Origin: a virus
DNA length: 64,000 nt
Reading direction: 5' to 3' (one strand)
IMG/VR virus record: IMGVR_UViG_3300023199_000051
Coordinates: 32,001 to 96,000 of that record
Under the pieces are notes generated by a model. The model saw only the letters and a program-made list of their open reading frames with translations, did not search any database and was not told the DNA's origin. Made by a program: the position numbers and the translations under genes. Positions 44,705 through 52,400 of the stretch are shown one piece after another (the first letter of the stretch is position 1; each line of letters begins with the position of its first letter).

Positions 44705-44780
44705 TGGAGTGGGTGACGGGAGTCGAACCCGCCTGGGCCGGCTTGGAAGGCCGGTACCTCACCATCGAGGAGACACCCAC
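44705..44780 (-). tRNA. trnG: tRNA-Gly(TCC)
   Basis: Stem CCGGC/GCCGG, loop CT-TCC-AA, U73, CCA. Confidence 0.9.
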
Positions 44781-44841
44781 ATTGGAAGGTTCGAAGACAG
44801 CCTCTTCGACGGACACTCTGGCTACCCTTCCTCTCGCCATC

Positions 44842-44909
44842 TGGAGCCCCGCCGGACATCGAAGTCCGCATGGCGGGATACAACGCCGCACTAGGCGCCT
44901 GCACGGGGC
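44842..44909 (-). tRNA. Degenerate 68-nt tRNA-like element (possible Tyr-GTA remnant)
   Basis: Acceptor GCCCCGT/GCGGGGC, CCA, 6-nt T-loop TTCGAT, TT-GTA-TC in an imperfect anticodon arm, reduced D-arm. Confidence 0.5.
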
Positions 44910-44910
44910 A

Positions 44911-44988
44911 TGGTGTGAGGAGGTGGGACTTGAACCCACAGCGCACCTCTTCAGCGAGGCTGCCCCTCCCTGCTGGCACCCTCCTCAC
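44911..44988 (-). tRNA. Atypical tRNA with a non-canonical anticodon loop
   Basis: Perfect acceptor GTGAGGA/TCCTCAC, T-arm GTGGG-TTCAAGT-CCCAC and CCA, but anticodon arm GCCTC-GCTGAA-GAGGT (6-nt loop). Confidence 0.6.
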
Positions 44989-44997
44989 ATTGATAGG

Positions 44998-45073
44998 TGG
45001 CTGGGGCGGCGGGAATCGAACCCGCGGTGACCGGGACCAAAATCCGGTGCCTTACCGACTTGGCTACACCCCA
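44998..45073 (-). tRNA. trnQ: tRNA-Gln(TTG)
   Basis: TGGGG 5' end, loop TT-TTG-GT, G73, CCA. Confidence 0.9.
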
Positions 45074-45077
45074 GCAA

Positions 45078-45148
45078 TGGAGGCGGCGCCCGGAGTCGAA
45101 CCGGGACGGCTGAGGTTGCAACCCAGCCTCCGGCCGCCGGTCACCGCC
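45078..45148 (-). tRNA. trnC: tRNA-Cys(GCA)
   Basis: GGC start, loop TT-GCA-AC, U73, CCA; short D-arm. Confidence 0.8.
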
Positions 45149-45155
45149 CATCAAG

Positions 45156-45230
45156 TGGCTGCCCCTTCAGGGATCGAACCTGAGTCTCTCGGTTCAGAGC
45201 CGAGTATCCATGCCAGCTGGACCAAGGGGC
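45156..45230 (-). tRNA. trnQ: tRNA-Gln(CTG)
   Basis: Stem CTCGG/CCGAG, loop CT-CTG-AA, CCA. Confidence 0.85.
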
Positions 45231-45233
45231 AAT

Positions 45234-45310
45234 GTGGTTGAGGCCCTGGGAGTTGAACCCAGCACGCTGCACTTATCAGGCGCGGCAGAGCTACCGGCAT
45301 CTCGACCTCA
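45234..45310 (-). tRNA. trnI: tRNA-Ile(GAT)
   Basis: Loop CT-GAT-AA, A73, CCA. Confidence 0.8.
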
Positions 45311-45311
45311 A

Positions 45312-45388
45312 TGGCGCCTCGTCTGGGACTCGAACCCAGCACCTCTCGATTAACAGTCGAGCGCTTCGAACCAGTTGAGCTTCCGAGG
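45312..45388 (-). tRNA. trnN: tRNA-Asn(GTT)
   Basis: Stem CTCGA/TCGAG, loop CT-GTT-AA, G73, CCA. Confidence 0.85.
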
Positions 45389-45392
45389 CAAG

Positions 45393-45468
45393 ATGGTACT
45401 GCCGGCGGGATTCGAACCCGCACCTCCCCGGCTGAGAACCGAGTGACCTTCCTGTAGTCGACGGCAGC
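45393..45468 (-). tRNA. trnE: tRNA-Glu(CTC)
   Basis: Loop TT-CTC-AG, CCA. Confidence 0.8.
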
Positions 45469-45545
45469 GTGTGGACGAGGCAGTTTTTGCAGCCGGCTAC
45501 TGCCCCCGACGACACGTCCCGTGCCGGGTCTTCTGCAGACCAAGA

Positions 45546-45620
45546 TGGTAGCGCGGGTTGGAGTTGAACCAACGAACTGAGGGGTATGAACCCTCCGTGC
45601 GACCGTCGCACCGCCGCGCA
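45546..45620 (-). tRNA. trnM: Initiator-type tRNA-fMet(CAT)
   Basis: 1:72 mismatch, GAGGG/CCCTC anticodon stem (three G-C pairs), loop TT-CAT-AC, CCA. Confidence 0.8.
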
Positions 45621-45626
45621 TCAAAG

Positions 45627-45702
45627 TGGTCGGGGTAGCAGGAGTCGAACCTACCGCTTCTTGCTCCCAAAGCAAGCGTCGCACCAACGCGACTCTACCC
45701 CG
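45627..45702 (-). tRNA. trnP: tRNA-Pro(TGG)
   Basis: C1:G72, loop TT-TGG-GA, CCA. Confidence 0.9.
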
Positions 45703-45709
45703 AGTGAGG

Positions 45710-45787
45710 TGGCGGGAATGACGGGGCTCGAACCCGCTGACTCCGACGTGACAGGCCGGTGCATCGTCCAACTTCTGCTCCATCCCC
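45710..45787 (-). tRNA. trnD: tRNA-Asp(GTC)
   Basis: Loop CT-GTC-AC, G73, CCA. Confidence 0.9.
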
Positions 45788-45788
45788 A

Positions 45789-45866
45789 TGGGGTGAATGA
45801 CGGGTCTCGAACCCGCTACCTCGCGGCCCACAACCGCACGCTTCGACCACTTCAGCCTCATCCACC
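45789..45866 (-). tRNA. trnH: tRNA-His(GTG)
   Basis: Encoded G-1:C73 pair, loop TT-GTG-GG, CCA. Confidence 0.9.
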
Positions 45867-45867
45867 A

Positions 45868-45943
45868 TGGCACCCTCAGCGGGGATCGAACCCGCAACCT
45901 CTGCCTTCGGAGGGCAGCGCTCATCCTGTTGAGCTTCGAGGGT
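45868..45943 (-). tRNA. trnR: tRNA-Arg(CCG)
   Basis: Stem CTGCC/GGCAG, loop CT-CCG-AA, CCA. Confidence 0.9.
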
Positions 45944-46003
45944 GCAGAGAGGGCTGGTAGGCCCTCTCGCAGACCATACGTATGCACGATGTCAAAGAAG
46001 AAA

Positions 46004-46079
46004 TGGCTGGGGTGGTGGGACTCGAACCCACAGCCGCTCGATTCGTAGTCGAGTGCTCATCCAGTTGAGCTTCACCCCA
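46004..46079 (-). tRNA. trnR: tRNA-Arg(ACG)
   Basis: Loop CT-ACG-AA, CCA. Confidence 0.9.
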
Positions 46080-46104
46080 TCAGGTGGACCGTAGCCCACA
46101 AACG

Positions 46105-46142
46105 ACGAAGCCCCCGAGGCCGTGAGGCGCCGGGGGCTTCGT
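46105..46142. terminator. GC-rich hairpin, 12-bp inverted repeat ACGAAGCCCCCG/CGGGGGCTTCGT
   Basis: Perfect arms at 46105-46116 and 46131-46142; followed by CGTTTG on the minus strand. Confidence 0.55.
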
Positions 46143-46173
46143 TGAGGCTGTGTCTGTTCGACGGCTACCTCAT

Positions 46174-46281
46174 GCCACCCCCGGCTGCGGGCTCGTTCGG
46201 GATCTGATGATCCGCGACTCGCCGCACCACGCATGTACCCGTACCTTCGGGCCTGGCGGCTCGCTGGGATCTGGGGGTGGT
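46174..46281 (+). ncRNA. Candidate structured RNA inside the tRNA array
   Basis: Closing stem GCCACCCCCGG/CTGGGGGTGGT (G-U pairs on + strand); internal GGATC-TGAT-GATCC, TGCGG/CCGCA and C-UUCG-G elements. Confidence 0.4.
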
Positions 46282-46363
46282 TGGGAAGGTGAGCATGGAA
46301 GGTGTACCTCTGTCTGCCTCAGGTCTACTGGACCTGGCCGCTGCCGTCAAGAAAAAGGTGAAA

Positions 46364-46452
46364 TGGAGGAGAGTAGAGGAGTCGAACCCCCACGCGCGGA
46401 GCGCACCCCCAGCTTTCGAGGCTGGTCGCCGGCCTTCCCAGCGGTACTCTCC
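46364..46452 (-). tRNA. trnS: tRNA-Ser(CGA)
   Basis: Long variable arm, loop CT-CGA-AA, CCA. Confidence 0.9.
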
Positions 46453-46455
46453 AGG

Positions 46456-46544
46456 TGGAGGAGAGAGGCGGAATCGAACCGCACGGCTTGTCACCGCGCA
46501 CCGGGTAGCAACCGGCCCCCCGCACCAGCTAGGGGTCTCTCTCC
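46456..46544 (-). tRNA. trnS: tRNA-Ser(GCT)
   Basis: Long variable arm, loop TT-GCT-AC, CCA. Confidence 0.9.
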
Positions 46545-46550
46545 ATGAAG

Positions 46551-46626
46551 TGGCAGGCGCGGTGGGACTCGAACCCACAGCCGGCGGGTTTGGAATCCGC
46601 TGCTCGGCCAGTTGAGCTTCACGCCT
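46551..46626 (-). tRNA. trnW: tRNA-Trp(CCA)
   Basis: Loop TT-CCA-AA, G73, CCA. Confidence 0.9.
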
Positions 46627-46631
46627 TCAAG

Positions 46632-46718
46632 TGGTGCTCGGGGCGGGGGTCGAACCCGCACGGGATTGCTCCCACCAGGGCCTAAACCTGGCGCGTCTTC
46701 CGCTTCCGCCACCCGAGC
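46632..46718 (-). tRNA. trnL: tRNA-Leu(TAG)
   Basis: Long variable arm, loop TT-TAG-GC, A73, CCA. Confidence 0.9.
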
Positions 46719-46723
46719 AAGGG

Positions 46724-46799
46724 TGGTGGGCTGTCTGGGGATCGAACCCAGCGCCTCCAGATTAAGAGTCTGGTGCATCGCCAATGATGCTTACAGCCC
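46724..46799 (-). tRNA. trnK: tRNA-Lys(CTT)
   Basis: Loop CT-CTT-AA, CCA. Confidence 0.9.
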
Positions 46800-46804
46800 G
46801 CAAG

Positions 46805-46880
46805 TGGTGGCACCGGTAGGAATCGAACCCACGTCTCCTGGTCTTCAGCCAGGCGCTTGAACCGTCTCAGCTACGGTGCC
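46805..46880 (-). tRNA. trnF: tRNA-Phe(GAA)
   Basis: Loop CT-GAA-GA, A73, CCA. Confidence 0.9.
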
Positions 46881-46881
46881 A

Positions 46882-46970
46882 TGGTGGTCCTGGTGGGAGT
46901 CGAACCCACACGAGGGTTGCCCCTCACCGGAGCTTGAAACCGGCGCGTACTCCTGTTTCGCCACAGGACC
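46882..46970 (-). tRNA. trnL: tRNA-Leu(CAA)
   Basis: Long variable arm, A73, loop TT-CAA-GC with a T.T pair closing the stem, CCA. Confidence 0.8.
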
Positions 46971-47013
46971 TTGAACAACAGCGATGTCAATGAGCACGGG
47001 GCACCCTGCAACA

Positions 47014-47053
47014 ACGAAGCCCCCTCCGGCCGGGTGGCGGGAGGGGGCTTCGT
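47014..47053. terminator. GC-rich hairpin, 14-bp inverted repeat ACGAAGCCCCCTCC/GGAGGGGGCTTCGT
   Basis: Perfect arms at 47014-47027 and 47040-47053; followed by TGTTG on the minus strand. Confidence 0.6.
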
Positions 47054-47164
47054 AGACGACAGTGTGCGACGCTACCGAGACCCCTCCGAGCCAGGCTTCA
47101 GCCAAGACAGCGTAAAGCTGCTGGTGAGTGAGCTGGGAAGGGTGAGCAAGTGTGTCATGGTGGT

Positions 47165-47193
47165 GATGTAGCAGATGCAGGGTGTGGTGTCAA
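47165..47193 (-). promoter_or_regulatory. Possible sigma70-like promoter of the tRNA array, TTGACA-N17-TACATC
   Basis: Consensus -35 at 47193-47188, an extended TG and a weak -10. Confidence 0.4.
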
Positions 47194-47364
47194 CACTGAG
47201 GCGTGACGCCCCCCGAGGACTACTCGTGAGTGCTCGGGGGGCGCTGGGTATCGCCGAGCATCAGGTGTGTCTCCCCACCTGATGCTCGATTCTCTCTGCG
47301 CAGCTTTCATGCGCGCCCAGGGCATAGCGTCCCTCTCAGGTGCGTGCAAGGCCCGATCCCCAGA

Positions 47365-48123
47365 CTACGGCGTCAGCTCGGTCTCCGTGCTTCCGGGAGC
47401 TTGCCGACCGCTGGCTTCGAGCACTCTCGTGTGGCCCAGGTCCAGCTTCTCGGCGTCGAACTCCAGGTAGACCCGGTTGATCTCTGCTAGGTCTTCGTCG
47501 ATGGTGCGTAGGTATTGCTGCGGCCCTCGGGGGTCGGATGAGACCCCCTGGAGCATGAAAGACCTGATGCTCCGAGACAGGTTGTCGTGCGCGATGTACA
47601 GCGCGTGGTTCTCTTCGATGTTGTCGCTGATCTTGAGGACGGCGGGGAGGCTGCCGAAGAAGCCGCTGCACACAAGGAGGCCCATGAAGGTCGACTTGGC
47701 CGGTGCCGGGAGCCCCTGCCAGCCGGACATGCCCGTGAGGACCAAGAAGGGGGCCGTCAGCGTCCCAGTCAGAAAGGCAGTTGCGATGAATCCGAAGTAC
47801 CGGATCTGGAAGTAGCGCATGAGCCAGAAGTGGTATTCAGCGCGGGATGCAGCGACTGTCAGCTGCTCGGTGAGGCGCTGGCAGATCAGCGCCGCTCGCG
47901 GAGAACATCCTGCCTGCGTGCTGCATGCATTCGGGCCGACTTCAGGACAGCTCAGCGTCGTCAGGCATGGTGTGAGGTGGTCGAGCCCGGCGAGGTCGAG
48001 AGGACTACGCTCCGACCACCACGCGACGGTGTAGTAGTCCGCGTACATCGAAGTGGCGTGGAAGAGCCCGTGGGCTGTGAGACAGACCAGCAGGAAGGGG
48101 ATGATGGTCGGTGCATGCTCCAT
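47365..48123 (-). CDS. Multi-TM membrane protein
   Basis: N-terminal hydrophobic segment plus two TMs (YFGFIATAFLTG; FMGLLVCSGFFG) followed by a helical tail. Confidence 0.6.
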   Translation of the reverse strand: MEHAPTIIPFLLVCLTAHGLFHATSMYADYYTVAWWSERSPLDLAGLDHLTPCLTTLSCPEVGPNACSTQAGCSPRAALICQRLTEQLTVAASRAEYHFWLMRYFQIRYFGFIATAFLTGTLTAPFLVLTGMSGWQGLPAPAKSTFMGLLVCSGFFGSLPAVLKISDNIEENHALYIAHDNLSRSIRSFMLQGVSSDPRGPQQYLRTIDEDLAEINRVYLEFDAEKLDLGHTRVLEASGRQAPGSTETELTP

Positions 48124-48205
48124 GCACCATGTACCTAGCTGCGCGGTCTCCTGGGCAAGTCTCCTGCGCAGGCCAAGCCCGCCTCGCTCATCCCTGTGCA
48201 CACCT

Positions 48206-48628
48206 TCACTCCTCTCCCCGTGCGGCCTTTCTGGCACCACTGTCGCCGCTCACGACCAGCTCGGGCAGGTACTTCTTGAGCACGTAGTTGTAGATGCGAG
48301 GCGACATGAAACCGGCAACCGCACCGAGCCCCACACCGATGACCACCGGGAAGTCGGGGAAGATGTCAGCGTGAGCGCCAGCAAGCCCGCCCAGCACAGG
48401 CTGGGAGAACTCCATGGATGCCTTGGCCCACGCGCTGTCGAAGAAGCTGACCCCTCTCTTCGTGAGCACCTTGACAGCGTTCTTGATGCTGGTGATCACA
48501 GCGATATTCGCGAACGCGATGAGCACGAAGGTCAGGATGACCACGGGGGTGATGAAGTCCGACCAGGTCGGGTCTGACATGAGCTGCTGCACAGCTGCCT
48601 CTCCTGTGGTCGTGGTCTCGGGGTCCAT
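48206..48628 (-). CDS. Holin-like small membrane protein
   Basis: AGGAG RBS; 2-3 hydrophobic segments and a charged C-terminus. Confidence 0.55.
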   Translation of the reverse strand: MDPETTTTGEAAVQQLMSDPTWSDFITPVVILTFVLIAFANIAVITSIKNAVKVLTKRGVSFFDSAWAKASMEFSQPVLGGLAGAHADIFPDFPVVIGVGLGAVAGFMSPRIYNYVLKKYLPELVVSGDSGARKAARGEE

Positions 48629-48660
48629 GTTGTACTCCTGGTGGTGGGTAGCCGCCCCTG

Positions 48661-49128
48661 TCACGGCGCGGTGTGGGGTTCCTGCTCGTCTGCCCCTTCT
48701 CCGTGATCAGGCGTCGTCTTCCTGTCATGCACATCTTCCCGTTGTCCACGGGGAGCGGTCAGGATCCGCTGCACGTCTCGGCATGCTTCCTTGTCCCCCG
48801 TCAGGCATCGCTGGTGCCGAACCTCTACGGTCGTTCTCGGGTAGATGTCTCCGAGATGCATGAGGAGCTGCGTCGACTTGTCATTGAGGCTGTCAGCACG
48901 CAGCGCGGTGTCGGCTCCCGCCGAGTCGGCTACGCCGGAACTCGTCACATCAGAGCGCGCCTCCGATTCGATGCGTGGCTGCATGACGAGGTCTGCCCGC
49001 ACACTGCCAGCTGACCCCACGAAGATGAGGCTACACAGCAGCACTGCGAATGAGACGGAGAGGACAGCCCAGGTGAGGAGGCTGCTGTTCTGTGGCTCTG
49101 GGCGGAGAGTCGAGGTCTCGGTCGTCAT
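48661..49128 (-). CDS. Single-TM membrane protein
   Basis: LLTWAVLSVSFAVLLCSLIFVG; ATGA-type overlap. Confidence 0.6.
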   Translation of the reverse strand: MTTETSTLRPEPQNSSLLTWAVLSVSFAVLLCSLIFVGSAGSVRADLVMQPRIESEARSDVTSSGVADSAGADTALRADSLNDKSTQLLMHLGDIYPRTTVEVRHQRCLTGDKEACRDVQRILTAPRGQREDVHDRKTTPDHGEGADEQEPHTAP

Positions 49129-49433
49129 GGTCCTTGCTCCGTACGTGCACGTCTCATGATCTCGATAGCGTCATCCACCTTCGCTTCCACCCGATCGACA
49201 TCCCGTTGTACGGTCTGCAGCTCCAGCCGAAGCACTGCAATGTCCGTGCGCGTGGAGTCGTAGAAGCGCCACGCACCGAAGATAGCGGCGAGCGCTACCG
49301 CGGTCACGACGCCGCTGATGATCTGCCGCCAGTCGAAGGGACCCGGAGGGGATGACACAGGAGGCATGTACCCATGATCGGTAGGGCCTTCCAAGGCTGG
49401 TGTAGGCGGCTCTGTTGGTGGTAGCTGAGACAC
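49125..49433 (-). CDS. Single TM plus coiled-coil protein (holin/XhlA-like architecture)
   Basis: IISGVVTAVALAAIFGAW followed by LRLELQTVQRDVDRVEAKVD. Confidence 0.6.
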   Translation of the reverse strand: MSQLPPTEPPTPALEGPTDHGYMPPVSSPPGPFDWRQIISGVVTAVALAAIFGAWRFYDSTRTDIAVLRLELQTVQRDVDRVEAKVDDAIEIMRRARTEQGP

Positions 49434-49435
49434 AA

Positions 49436-52400
49436 CTACACCCCCGACGCTGGCGCTTCGCGCACTTCTTGCTTGAGCTTGCTGCGCCGCTTCATCTCCG
49501 TGAAGGCCGAGCCAAGCGCAAGATCCCGCCTGCTGTATGAAAACCAGCGACGTGCGAGGCTGGTGAGCCTGTTGCTGTCTTGAGTCTGAGACAGAGGCCG
49601 CAGGGTAAGATCTCGACTATCGACGCCGAAGGTGTCGATGGCGCGTGCCCGATCACGTCGGAGGGCTTCGGTGATGCTCCCCCAGCGGTCGGCCGGCACG
49701 ACCAGCTCGAAGTCCTGTTCGAGGAGATCCTTGAGCTGCAACAAGCCCCTCTCGCCTGCGGCACGTTGCGTGTCCCTCACGATGCGTCTCAGCTGGGACC
49801 CGCTCAACAGCACGAGCAGGTCATCCGCTCTGCGCCGCAGAGGGAGGAAACCGATGTAGCTGCTGACGAGCGCACCGACGATTCGCGTGGTGACACCGAA
49901 GCCTTTGATGTTTCTGAAGGCGTTGCGCAGGATGGCCGGCCACAGATCAGGGCCGAGCCGGTCCACCACGACCTTGCTCATGGCTGGTACCTGTGGCCCG
50001 CGCATGATCTCGCCGTTGCCAAGGATGGCCTGTCTCTCCTCGGCATCGTCCCATCCGCCGCATACTTCAAGAGGTACCTTCTCGACGTGGCCCTCCATCC
50101 CCGTCTTCGTGGAGCCGATCAGAGCTGACGGGTGCTTGGCGTGCTCGACCATGGCCGAACCGTACTTTCGGTACGAGAAGAAGGTCCCCTTCGGGTCCAC
50201 CTTCAGCACCTCTACGCGCTTCGGGTTGCTGTGGAGTGCGCCATCCACAGAGCTGGTGCTGCGCAAGCACACCCGGTCGCCAGCACGGAGGATCATGCCC
50301 GTCTTGAAGTTGAAGTAGATGGCGGTCTTCTTGACCTCTTCGAGGACCGTTGCCATCCGGGGCCAGATGTCCTCACCGTACGTCTTCTCGATGGTGGCTG
50401 CGTCGCGATCTGCGGACTCCAGCCGCGCTTCGTAGAGAGCGGTGTCATCGGCCCGCTTGGCAGCGCGGGCCTCGTGGTACTTCTCAGCGAGCCGAACGAA
50501 GGCGCGGCGTGCCCGCTTACGGCGCTTGATCTTGAGGCGTTCGGCCTTCGTCTCCCTGTACTCCTCGACCTTGATGCGTGCTTCGCTCTCATCGGAGGCG
50601 AAGATCCAAATCAGCAGCTCCATGCGGTCGACCCGCATGCCCGCTGCCGGGTTGTTCATCTCGGTCACCGAGTCATCCCACAGAGACTCCATCCAGCCCT
50701 GCTTGCCCATGACCATGTTGAGCTTGAAGCCATCGAAGCTCTTGGAGGTGATGTAGTACCAGACGTTGACGAGCTGGTAGCTGTTGCCCTGGCGCACCCC
50801 GCGTCCGTTGCGCTGCTGGATGGTGGCTGCCTCCCAGGGGAGCGTCATGTGGTGAATGGCGCAGGTCCGTGCCTGCAGGTTCAGCCCCTCGGCCATCGCA
50901 CCGCTGGTGCCGATCACGACGTCGTACTTGGGCTCCAGCGCTTCTTGGATGACTGCGCCAGTCTGCTCGTCGATGATGGCTGATCGGCCGTTGAAGCCGT
51001 CTGCGATGACCAAGCGCTCCCCCTTCGACTGCTCCCCTGTGATGAAGGCGATGCGATCTCGGGGGATGCGCGTGTTGGCGACAATGGCGTCGACCATCCA
51101 CTCGTGCGTGTCCGTGTAGTCACTGAAGATGATGTGGCCGCAGGCCGGGTTGACCAGGATCTTCTCGACCAGTGCCATGTACTTTGGAGGGTACGTCCCC
51201 TTGGCGGCGTACTTGGCAGCAATGCGCCCAATGCCCACCTCGGTGAGGATGTCGAGCTTGGTCTGCAGGCTCGCCATCTTCTCACTCGACAGCCCCTTCT
51301 TGGACGGTCGCCTCTTCCGCTTCCCTTCCTGGTAGTCATCCCACTGCTGGTTGATCTTGCGGGCTTTGGCCAGGACCTCCTGCGTCTTGTAGATGTCCTC
51401 CCGCAACAGGCGCACGTCGAAGGCAGACTTCGATAGCATGTCCATCTGCCTGAGGATGATGCCGCCGACCTGAGCCGATTCACCCGCTCCCTGTGCTCGT
51501 TCCTTCTCCTCTGCGAGGAGGTCCTTGATGACTTCTTTGACTGTGTCCACGACGTGGCGCTGCTCGTCGTCCATGTCCACCACAACCTGCACGTTGCCTG
51601 TGTTGCCCACACGGGGGACCTTCTGGGCGAAGACCTCCATGCCGGGGTCGTTGGTGAGCTTGCGGTCGGTGTGAGCGAGGATGATGTCGCGAAGCTCATC
51701 GAGGTGCAGGAACTCGGTGACAGCCAGCTGATCGACAACCTCGTTGGTGGCCGGGTCACCAGATGGCTCGACCTCAAGTCCGCAGTACCGATCGATGAAC
51801 TCTTCGGCGTTGCGCACGCGGCGCTGGCTCCAGACGTTCCTGGAGACCAGTGACATCAGGTTGTAGACCTCCAGTGGGCTGTTCTTCAGCGGCGTTGCGG
51901 TCAGCAGGCACACACCGGAGTCATCGTGGTTGCCGAGCAGGTACTGGCACTTGAGGAACATGTCCCAGGCGCGGATGGTGATGCCCGAGCCAGAGCCCAT
52001 GAACTCGATCTTGTCCTCACCGACGCGCCGCTCGGCGAACCACAGGTTCTTGAAGTTGTGTGCTTCGTCGACCACCAAGAAATCGCACCGCAGCTCTTCC
52101 CAGGTGATCATCGGAGGTACAGGCACAGGCCCGTCGTAGTCCGGCGGTGGGAAGCGCTCTTCCAGGACCGCGACGATCTCCTTCTTCTTCATCTTGCGCG
52201 GCTTGCCGGTCGACGTCGTCTCGGTCGGGTGATGCTCCAGGTCGAGTCCCTTCCGCTTGGCAAAGGCGATCAGCTCGGCCTTGCGCTGGCTCTTCGACCA
52301 CTCCCGAGGCGGCTTGCGTCGTGGCCGGAAGGGCTTGGTCTCCCTGACGTTCTCCAAGTCCTGACGCACCTGCTCGATGATGTTGTCCGACGGCGCCTTC

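Noticed and set aside
44783-44831. 49-nt GGAAGG...CCTTCCA element with an internal TCGAAGA/TCTTCGA hairpin
   Set aside because: Too short, with no anticodon or T arm. Treated as a structured spacer or remnant, as are the hairpins at ~45470-45520 and 45947-45968.
46174-46281. SRP (4.5S) RNA identity for the structured element
   Set aside because: The minus strand has CAGGCCCGAAGG but lacks the GGAA/GAAA tetraloop followed by AGCA of SRP helix 8.
44245-46970. Track ORFs across the tRNA region, including the 445-aa extension of the HNH ORF and 45151..45987
   Set aside because: The sequence is fully explained by tRNA cloverleaves. The HNH domain starts at ATG 44244.
46882-46970. Reading this tRNA as a UCA opal suppressor or Sec tRNA (loop region TTTCAAGCT)
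   Set aside because: The stem pairs better in the CAA register, and A73 plus the variable arm fit Leu. Many genes use TGA in ATGA/TGATG overlaps as a real stop.
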